DNA of 37,801 nt from Asterionella formosa (taxonomy: Eukaryota). Position numbers and translations under genes: made by a program. Shown one piece after another: positions 12,781 to 21,660 of this stretch. The stretch is from contig NKIB01015187.1 in assembly GCA_002256025.1 (NCBI GenBank), positions 1 to 37,801 on the forward strand, read 5' to 3'. Under the pieces are notes generated by a model. The model was not told the DNA's origin. It was given only the letters and a program-made list of their open reading frames with translations, and made no database searches. Numbering within the stretch: the stretch's first letter is position 1; each line of letters opens with the position of its first letter.

Positions 12781-13261
12781 TCAAATTTCATAAAAACCAA
12801 TCCAAAAATAAGTGTTTGGGTTTTGGTTTGGTTCAACGGTTAGTAACGGCCGTAAAGAAACCGTCAAAAACGTAAGAAATTCATCAATGGCATGAGGAAT
12901 ACCGCAATGCTGGTAGGGCAAACCTACTGTTCGAGAGTACCGACGAATTATACAGTATTCTAACATGAATGTTTAATTGGTACCAATGTGTATCATCATG
13001 AAACTTAGTTACAAGTGAAGACAAAGTCATTTCATTCGATGACTGATGGTATTGGTTGAGAAATGTTATCAGGTGCTACACGAAGGATCTATAACTGGTG
13101 TTCACTATGTGGCTAGAAAGTGAGAAAAAATCGGAAACCATTGAGATTGCATCACAATATTTGCTCGAATAGTTCTTTTGTACCATTTGGTTGGTGTCGT
13201 GTTTGTTATCAAGAACACCAGCTAGATCTCTCGATCGTTGTATCGTCGGAATTCTGTTTCA

Positions 13262-13558
13262 AAGCAAAGTTACGATTGTTATTTCGAACCCCCTGCTATT
13301 CAAGGTTCATGTGATGCTACTATTTTCTGAATGAAATTAAACTACTTCCTGATTAGTGATGTTGTGGCTCTAATTCTGTAGCATACAAACATTCTTGCCA
13401 ATAGCTAGTCAATGAGAATGGAAGACCAATAATTAAGGCCATGAGCAACAAACTGCGCCGCCATCTGGTGGTCCATTTTCACTTTGATCCACATCTCATC
13501 TTGAAGAACAGATTCGAAAGACGGATCGATTTTCGCAATGGGCGAATTATGATCAAAA
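13262..13558 (+). repeat. ~297-bp dispersed repeat (first copy 2467-2763)
   Basis: Direct alignment to 2467-2763. Confidence 0.95.
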
Positions 13559-13779
13559 CTGATCACCTTATGTGTATGTAAACATTGTACCCAACAGTGC
13601 TATCAGAATGAATTCTTCGCAACAACGGTGCGTTCTTCGTTGCCATTCCGATTTGAATGCTCAACCGGTACATGCTTTGATCCAATTCTTGTACCGGTAA
13701 TATTTGTCATTATCTCTCCATTCGCATATCAGTAATCGAGTTTCTTACAAGCAATGTGCGTTTGTTGAACAATCCCTTA

Positions 13780-14642
13780 AAAGCTACCTTCTTGCAGGGA
13801 CGACGATGATCGCAGTCTTATAACGAATGATATGCATGGTCTCGATATTGATGGGGAATTATGCTGGGGAAGTTTGATTGTTTGTTTGTTACTCGAAATC
13901 AAAAGCTTTAGTCAATTTATATGACAGAATTGGAGAAGGATGCATTGAAGGCCATACCGATTCCAATTCGAAAAAAAAATGAACCAGGGTTGTTGCCACT
14001 TTCAACTTAAGTCGGGCGGTTGATGGTGGCTAGGAAGCCGTCAATAGCACCAACACATCCTCTCATCATGCCCTCGGAGCTTTTGCATTCAAAGCTGGAA
14101 GCCAATTTGATAAATTCTCCTTTTTCTTTTGGAAAATTAATTTCGAGTTCTTCACAGTTTAGTACAGCATCAATGAACAAATCAAGACATCGATAAAGTG
14201 AAGCAATGCTACAACTGTAACTAGGCATGACGAATGTTGATGTAACTGCCACCAGCCAGCCATCGCAAACCAATGGCTCCCACAATTTCGGGAATTATGG
14301 GCTCAGAAGTGCCACATTTGGAATAATTCCCTGCAATATAAATTTCCAGCAAGGAGGTGAGTTTTTGAATGCTCTGTGTGACATTCTGTATGTCTTCTCG
14401 AAAGCAATCTTGTGATAGAGTTTCTTGACATGCGATTGCCAGGAGATTCTTTCGTGGTGCCACTTGTGCCTTCGTTGTTGTTGTCGTTCAGATGACTGAA
14501 GCTGCCGTTTACAGCGTTGCCTTTGTCATTTGGACGAGTGTTCTTTTTCTTCTGCTTCCTTAGCTAAATGACAGAGGAATAAGAAACCAAGATCACTACT
14601 GTCATCATCATTATCATCAAGTAACTCAAATGGCAACGGCAT
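13780..14642 (-). pseudogene. PIF/Harbinger transposase, with stops, frameshifts and internal deletions
   Basis: From ATG 14642: WQSHVKKLYHKIAFEKTYRMSHRAF, AIGLRWLAGGSY, GCVGAIDGFLATINRP and NNPGSFF. Only degraded traces of the C-terminus follow (RIGIGMAF resembles RIRIEMAF). The lower boundary is approximate. Confidence 0.88.
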
Positions 14643-15290
14643 GATTCATGCAATGGTGTGTTTTTATAGAATATATAGTTTACCAGTGTTATATTTTATG
14701 TTGCTGCTTGATATCAAGACCATCAATATATTCAGGAGTGAGGGATATACACATGATCCTTGCCAGCCATTTGCCATTGAAGATCCATGTTACTCCATGA
14801 TACAATGTGATCACAAATTAGTGATACAGTGACACTTTTGGAGTGAATGAAATTCAGTTCAAATCGAGTTACCGTTGCTGATACATTTTCAAAAAAATTC
14901 AAATTCCGTGATGCACGAAAAAAAAAGATAAGAACGGCCCTTACGACTGCGTTTGTTACCTGGTTGGAATGATAGAATGTGCTACATACACATCATATGT
15001 GTACCGGTAAGTGAAAGTCGAATGATATACCGGCGGTATTTAAGTGCCAGCTGCTCCGAACTACCGGTACCAGAGGTAGTTAGTACCATTCGTAGTACTG
15101 GTTCAAGGATACCGGTATACGCACTAACTCTGTGACAAGATCGTTAGACTACGGTATCATGTAACAAAGAGTAGCACCTGGTACCAGTACCAGTATTATT
15201 TACCCACTGCAGTCTATCGTTCTTACCATGTTCTAATTTTATTAGCGAACTCAAAAATCTCCAAAGAACGACGAAGTGCTGCTCACCACG

Positions 15291-16598
15291 ATGGTGCATC
15301 TCACGGCAGCCCTCACTATTCTAGCGGGCATTACAACCTCAAGCTATGGATTTTCATCATTTTCTTCTCAGTTGACTCGTGGCAAGAGATGGTCAACTCA
15401 ATCACAATTGTCCCTTCAAGAAGACAGTGTTGATTCGATGAAATCGGAGATTGCAGACATGCGCCAAGAAGCTCTCCGACGAATAGACGCACTCAATGCA
15501 AAATTCAGTCGGAGCAATGCCACTGCTGATACTGTATGTGACGACGTTGTTAAGGAAGTGAAACCTCCTGAAGGAATTGTTTTTGAGCCTATGCTTGCTG
15601 TCAGCAACAAACCCACTGCAATCACCGAAAGGCCTTCTTATGATGCCAAGTCCATAGCCAGGGTCAAGAAGCAAGAAGTAACAAGTTTAATAGATGGGAC
15701 ACGGTGGAAAATCATGCTCAATATTGGGCGCGAGCCAGGTTTGTTACAGTAGATTTCATGTTGCTCGCAGGCGAGGTCGTGTTTTTGCCAAGCTGACAAT
15801 AAGACGCCCAAAACTCACAACATTGAGCCACAACACACTTTTCATTCAGGTACTTGGATGCCAAAGACATGGGGTATAAGTGGTGAGCGCCTCTTGCTGA
15901 ATTTGGAGGTGGAATTTTCGCCCCAGCAGCTGTACGAGAGGGAAGAGTTTCTTAATGGTATGGCAGATGCCAAGGTTTTGCTAGTGGTCAATAATGAGCT
16001 CACAATGGGACCTAGCATGACCGAAGGAGCTCGAAAAATACCAGTCAAGAGTGGAGGATGGCGCGTGTCTCAAAGGGAAGGGCCCATGGGCACAGACCTG
16101 CTGAGGTTCTACATTGAGTTGGAGGACGAAGTCCGTCATCGAGGACGAGATGTGAACTGTCCCGGGGGAAGGGTGTATTGCACTTGTGGATACTTCCCTT
16201 TAAATAGTCGACAGCAAACTGGGAGCTTGAAGCAGTCGTTGAAAGAACAACAGGAACGCCTGGCCCAGAGGTATGAACGGCTGAGCCGTGAGGGTGAGGA
16301 CGACAAGTCACTGTTCAGCTGGGCCAAGTTAAAGCGCGCGAAAGACCTTGTTGATTTACGAATTGAAACTGACAGACTCAACGACCGCATGAACGAAGTT
16401 AGAGTCCAAGAGCCAGAAAAGGGGTTTCTCCGACTTTCTCGCAATCAAGACGTTGGGCTAACCCGAGAAGGTGGGGTTTGCTGTAAGGTTGAAAAGGGAC
16501 TAGCGACTGAATTTCATATTCTTGGAAAGTTTGAAGTGGCCTCAATCGAGATACGTGGTGATGATGATGATGATTCAAATGAAAGCTTACGTTCATAG
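15291..16598 (+). CDS. Hypothetical protein, probably plastid-targeted; 2 exons (15291-15738, 15850-16598)
   Basis: A phase-1 GT..AG intron at 15739-15849 joins the ORFs as NIGREPGTWMPKTWG. The N-terminal signal peptide ends SYG-F and is followed by a Ser-rich transit-like segment. Coiled-coil-like stretches are present. Confidence 0.8.
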
Positions 16599-16728
16599 TT
16601 TATATTGGATAATAGTACTGAGATTTGTGTTACGAAGTGGTCAACGTATGGTGAGACCGAACCTTAGAAGGTCAATGAGCAACGTGCCCTACTAATGCAC
16701 AGTATAGAATAAAAGGTAGTTAGGGATG

Positions 16729-17361
16729 TCACATGAGGCTTCTGTAAATCGAAGCTTCTTCTTCCATTTGATCTGGTGTTCGATCCTTTCTGTCGCCATC
16801 CTGAGGAACCACAAGTTTTGGCTTTTCGGAGGTCATGTCCTTACGAGGTGCCCAATCCTGAAGCTCATCGTAGACGTCATCATTTCGGGCAAAGTCTCCT
16901 TCAGTTCGCGGCAAAATATGGACGTGAACATGAGGGACACTCTGTCCTGCTTCTTTTCCGTCTTGAACTGCCACGTTAAAGGCAGTTGCATTGTAGTGTT
17001 TTGCCAGTAGTTCCTGGACCACTCGAACCGACTTCCACAGATCTGCGTACTCGTCGTCGGAAAGGTCACCGATTCGAGGGACTACTCGGTTAGATACCAC
17101 CAATACGTGGCCTGGAACAATCGGTCTAAGATTCACAAAAGCTGCCGATAACGACGACCGATAAAACACATGCTCAGCAGGAATCAGAAACTTTCCAAAC
17201 AACATATCCTCAGTTTCCATGGTGATGATTGACGAGGATGCAATGCCAAATAAAGCAGAGGAACATGAGGTGCTTGATTGTTCAACCCTGAGTGCACATG
17301 AACGCAAAGAACAGAACAAAATAGTCAAAAGTGGAAGTAAAATGCCCAAGAAGAGTTTCAT
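16729..17361 (-). CDS. FHIT: HIT-family dinucleoside triphosphate hydrolase (Fhit-like)
   Basis: FGKFLI, AFVNLRPIVPGHVLV, FNVAVQDGKEAGQSVPHVHVHILPR..DF..ND.VY and RT..QM..EA..YR. Confidence 0.93.
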   Translation of the reverse strand: MKLFLGILLPLLTILFCSLRSCALRVEQSSTSCSSALFGIASSSIITMETEDMLFGKFLIPAEHVFYRSSLSAAFVNLRPIVPGHVLVVSNRVVPRIGDLSDDEYADLWKSVRVVQELLAKHYNATAFNVAVQDGKEAGQSVPHVHVHILPRTEGDFARNDDVYDELQDWAPRKDMTSEKPKLVVPQDGDRKDRTPDQMEEEASIYRSLM

Positions 17362-17538
17362 GTGGACAAAAGCAATGGTATGTTTGGCTGAATGGGATGG
17401 TTGGATCGGCCTTCAGGGTACTATGCATTTTAGTATCGGAAGAAGCATTTTATTGTATATATAATATATATATGAAGCAACATTGGTAGATCGTTTATCA
17501 TGTATGTACTGATAGAATTCCGGTGTATGAGGGGGGGG

Positions 17539-17604
17539 NNNNNNNNNNNNNNNNNNNNNNNNNNNNNNNNNNNNNNNNNNNNNNNNNNNNNNNNNNNNNN
17601 NNNN
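17539..17604. other. Assembly gap (66 N)
   Basis: Run of N following a G8 tract. Confidence 1.
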
Positions 17605-17937
17605 AGTCTTTATTTTTCAGACTACCGGTGTGATGATTCCGGTACCTGTTAGTTTCTTCATTAAAATAATATTCACCTAATTAAGGTTTAATGCGAACTC
17701 AGGCAAACCTTGTTGAGCCTCGGCTTAATAAAGCAACTACAAAATATGACTTCTCTTGGAAAGGACTAGGAGAAATAATCTACATCTTTGTTACACACCG
17801 GACTCGCGTTTTAAATCAACCAAGATCCAATTTTACGAATTGGAGGTGATTGGGAAGATTCCCCTTGGGCTACCGTTATGAATTGGTCATCAAGGGATAA
17901 GTTATAAGAAGACTCGTGTGAACAATACCGCATTTCT

Positions 17938-19701
17938 TCAAGACATGCGTTTCGCTTTGCGTTTGTTGATAGCTTGGCGTACCGCGTTAACACCTTTCGC
18001 TGCTATTTTCTGGTACGCTTTACCTAGTTCATTCCTTGTCTTCCCCAGAATTCTACTTACTCTATCAATTGCATCGTCATCTTCATCATTCTCAATATCC
18101 GCCTGAAAGAAATCAAAAATTGTGTCAATTGCAGAGTCTAACCTAGTCAGCGTTGACGACGCGGATTGCCCAAGACCTCGTCCAAGTTTCAAAAGTTTTC
18201 TGGCACCAACATTACAACCGGCTATACCAGTGGCATAAACACAAAATTCCTTCGGCAGCGAAGATTGACTACTGTCGGTATCTTCCGTCGAGTTTTTGCT
18301 TTCCTGTTTGCTTTGAGGAGATCTAAGAATATTTTGTCTCCACTTGTGCACAACACTCCAGCCTTGTTCGACTTTTGACCGGAATTGGAATCTTGTGGTG
18401 CTCACTATCTGAGACAACCAATGCTCTGATGAATGCACTGCATTACAATTTTCTTTTCCATTCGCTGAATGTGTAGATGTTTCCCGCACCATATAGACCG
18501 ACAAGCTACCATCGTCGTCGAGTCGAGCATAGTAGACTGGCACACTATCTCCAGATTCTTTCAACCGTGCTTCGTCCCTAATTATCGACTCAGGAACATC
18601 ACTATGCCATAATATTACCCCTGGTCTATTTGGATCTCCAACTGATAAAACAAGGTGTGGGCCTCTCAAACTCAGGAAGCAACTTCCAGCTTTATAAATA
18701 TTTGGTAGAGACGTTTTGGATGACCACATCAGAAAATTATCCATGTCTGGTAGAGTTGAATCAGACATGATGACCAATTCGCAATCCTGTGTAATACCAG
18801 CATAGTATCGAGCATTTTTTGATGATAATACAGGTGAATCGGGTGTTAAAATCTCACCGAGATGGAGTGTATCCTTTTTGTGGCTGTGGCTGTGACTGTT
18901 ACCGTCCGATCTATCAACACTTTCATGTCTATAGCCCTCGTCCGTAACAAATGGTTGAGAAATAGGTTCATATACCCATCCATGGAAGCGATCGTATCTT
19001 TCTGCGTAGTCTTGTACAACGATCCTATAAAAGAAAGTGCCATCGTGGTCTGCAGTATACTCCTCCGTTTGAAAAACTCTAATGATCTTGTTCCCGTAGT
19101 TGTCGTAGAGCAGTTCTTTGTGTTCATGCACTCTAACTGGTTTAAGGGTTGATTGGAACATGTTGAAGAGATCGCCTTTTTTTGATTCCGATGACCCGTA
19201 GAAAAACTCTTCAAAGACTCGTCGAGGATCCTTCGCGCGCTCAAACATCGACCACCGTTCAGACCCGTGGTTTGCTTGTTGGTTGCTTGAAGGCCCTCGA
19301 TGCAGATAATCCTCACAATCAAGCAGCCACAAATCATAATTGCTTCGTTTTGTTTGATTGCCTAGTACTTCGTACGCTTCCGCGATCCTTGCGAAGCGAA
19401 CATTGGATTCCTCTACCGATATAGTGTCGTTCTTCTTGTCCGGGTGGTACAGTTGCGCTTGCCTTCGATATGCTCTACGCACGTCCTTCGATGTGGATTT
19501 TTGTCTCTCAGTTTTTCGTTTCTGTCTAGAAGCTTTGCTTTGAGCTGACGGAAGTCCGAGCATATCGTAGAAATCTATTTTCTCCCAATCGTACGTGATA
19601 GTATCGCTTTGAGCGCCACAATGCCGCTCGTGTTCTGCACCAATGGACATGATGGAAAACATCATGCAGCCAAGAAGCCAACTCTTATGTATGCCTTTCA
19701 T
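17938..19701 (-). CDS. Signal-peptide DnaJ (J-domain) protein with a bulb-type lectin-like domain
   Basis: 587-aa ORF with a hydrophobic N-terminus. J-domain DFYDMLG..AYRRQAQLYHPDK..FARIAEAYEVL..KRSNYD. B-lectin-like pattern DTLHLGEIL..LSSKN..QDCELVI..WSSKT..LWHS..ARLDDDGSLSVY. Confidence 0.85.
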   Translation of the reverse strand: MKGIHKSWLLGCMMFSIMSIGAEHERHCGAQSDTITYDWEKIDFYDMLGLPSAQSKASRQKRKTERQKSTSKDVRRAYRRQAQLYHPDKKNDTISVEESNVRFARIAEAYEVLGNQTKRSNYDLWLLDCEDYLHRGPSSNQQANHGSERWSMFERAKDPRRVFEEFFYGSSESKKGDLFNMFQSTLKPVRVHEHKELLYDNYGNKIIRVFQTEEYTADHDGTFFYRIVVQDYAERYDRFHGWVYEPISQPFVTDEGYRHESVDRSDGNSHSHSHKKDTLHLGEILTPDSPVLSSKNARYYAGITQDCELVIMSDSTLPDMDNFLMWSSKTSLPNIYKAGSCFLSLRGPHLVLSVGDPNRPGVILWHSDVPESIIRDEARLKESGDSVPVYYARLDDDGSLSVYMVRETSTHSANGKENCNAVHSSEHWLSQIVSTTRFQFRSKVEQGWSVVHKWRQNILRSPQSKQESKNSTEDTDSSQSSLPKEFCVYATGIAGCNVGARKLLKLGRGLGQSASSTLTRLDSAIDTIFDFFQADIENDEDDDAIDRVSRILGKTRNELGKAYQKIAAKGVNAVRQAINKRKAKRMS

Positions 19702-20181
19702 CGCGATTCCCTGGCTTGTTTATCTTGGTAGAAGTAATTTCTAGGGCCAGAGCGAGCAAGTGTAATTGACGAGAGGATGAACAAAAGGCAAACTCTATCC
19801 TAGCACAGTATTAGTCTGATGTGCTTCCATCAACGTGATGCAGTTTCAAGTTTGTCCGTGGTCTCAAAACGAACAGTTATTTATAAGTATTCATCATAAG
19901 AACGGTTTGTAAGTACATTGTACTGGTTAGGCTTTACCGGTAATTTAGGTCTCGAAAGGCTAATTTATTCGCCACATAATGATACATCCTACATACTACC
20001 GGTAGGTATATTTAGCAACTACCCACCAGTAATTTATTTTGAAAAAAGCTATTTTGTCCCCCCTGCCTTTTTCGATATTTCATCCCCCCATCAATGATTT
20101 ATTTTCAATGCAGCCGCTCACCAAGTGATAACAGAAACAAGACACAATGCATTGATTCTTAAACGAATCAATCGCCATCAA

Positions 20182-21189
20182 ATGAAACGACCCTTCCCTT
20201 CATGCAGAGTCAATCTCCCCGCAACAACAATGGTGCTACTATTGGGGACGAGACCTATTGGGGTGGCGTCCTTGGGATTGACACGGACGGCACACCACCG
20301 CAAACACTTCCATGCAACAACCTTCTGCAGATTGAACCGCTTTCTCTTCGACCCCTGCGAAGTCGACATACCCACAAATGGAACAATACCAACAGTCACA
20401 CTCCCGAAAGATGATTATCGAACGATTCATGCGTCGAACATACTTGGCCTCCAAAATGGAGATTCAGTACGTGCTGGTATCGTCAGTTGTCACGACCACA
20501 ATGGACTCCTCACGGATGAAGCTACTATCCAGTGGGTTCCAGAAGGCAAAGTCAAAAAGCCAGAACCTCTGGGAAATGGGAAACCTCCCGGTTCAATCCA
20601 ATTCGCTTTAAAGAGATTGACAGAAATACCAACACAAAATGACATTAAGGTCAGTCTGATACTAGCCCTTCCTCGACCACTGGCCTTGAGCCGGGTCTTG
20701 CCTATGATTTCTCAAATAGGAGTAGACCACTTGATCTTGACTGGGGCTGCAAAAGTTCCCAAGGACTACTTTGGCTCACACTTGTTTCGGAAGCCTGAAC
20801 AATTACGCGAGCGATTGGTGGAAGGCTTGTGTCAAGCTGGGGACGTTAGACTACCACAACTCACCATTTGTAAGAACTTAAAGCATTTTTTTGAAGATGA
20901 ATTGGAAAGTCTCTTTCCAATTGCGGATTTTGCCCGTGTTGTGTGCCATCCACAGCGATTATCCGAAGGCCCGGAGAAACGCATGAAAGAAGTGGAGTTT
21001 CCTGCAGGCTGCAATCGAATCCTTCTGGCAGTGGGCCCTGAAGGGGGTTGGGAAGAACCGACTGAATTGGATCGCTTTCGAGAGTTAGGCTTTCAACAAG
21101 TCACGTTAGGGTATCGAATCTTAAGAAGCGATGTAGCTGTGGTGAGTTTGATGAGTTTGGCTAATGATGTATGTAATTCTAGGGAATAG
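20182..21189 (+). CDS. rsmE: 16S rRNA m3U1498 methyltransferase RsmE-like (SPOUT), probably organelle-targeted
   Basis: LILALPRP, QIGVDHLIL, EGLCQAG, LAVGPEGGW and VTLGYRILRSDVA. There is a basic N-terminal extension. The start codon is uncertain. Confidence 0.9.
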   Translation: MKRPFPSCRVNLPATTMVLLLGTRPIGVASLGLTRTAHHRKHFHATTFCRLNRFLFDPCEVDIPTNGTIPTVTLPKDDYRTIHASNILGLQNGDSVRAGIVSCHDHNGLLTDEATIQWVPEGKVKKPEPLGNGKPPGSIQFALKRLTEIPTQNDIKVSLILALPRPLALSRVLPMISQIGVDHLILTGAAKVPKDYFGSHLFRKPEQLRERLVEGLCQAGDVRLPQLTICKNLKHFFEDELESLFPIADFARVVCHPQRLSEGPEKRMKEVEFPAGCNRILLAVGPEGGWEEPTELDRFRELGFQQVTLGYRILRSDVAVVSLMSLANDVCNSRE

Positions 21190-21660
21190 CCAGATTTTTT
21201 GCCCAAGATATTTATTTCTTGTTTGGTGTGCCTATTTATTATCCTACCTGATGTTACCGCAAGCCGCTCATGCGTTACCAGTTATATTTCCCTTTCCCGC
21301 ACACTCCTCGCATTATGTTGTGTCATTACTGCGGCAAAGTGGTCCTAAATTACACTGTACTCATGCAGTACTCCAAATGACCTGTCAAGGCGGGTCTCCT
21401 CAACTTTTCGTGTCACCATTTAGCAATCAATCCCCCAAGCTTTCTTTAATCACCCTAGAACAAATCGTCCCGCACCAATTACGGTACACCACTAACCGGT
21501 CTTCAAGCAAAGCTCTTCAACTGATGAAATTTTTTTTTAAAAAACAAGTCGAGCAAGTTTAGAAACAAAGGGGAACATCTTGGACACTTCCAAACATTGC
21601 CCCAAACCTTTAAACAAAACTACACCGAGCCATCTACACCAAACATATGGAATTGTTAAT

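Larger units (their letters stand above)
8668..14940. mobile_element. PIF/Harbinger DNA transposon with both ends intact (6273 bp), internally decayed, carrying extra cargo
   Basis: TTA at 8665-8667 and 14941-14943. Left end GGGTCGTTCTCATC versus reverse-complemented right end GGGCCGTTCTTATC (12/14). Subterminal IR GTATCAGCAACGGTAACTyGAT at 8746-8767 and 14863-14884 (21/22). It encloses a Harbinger transposase and a partner ORF in convergent orientation. Confidence 0.9.

Noticed and set aside
20182..21189. Recent bacterial HGT or contamination of rsmE
   Set aside because: It sits among intron-containing eukaryotic genes and has a targeting-like N-terminal extension. Nuclear-encoded organellar RsmE homologues are expected in algae.
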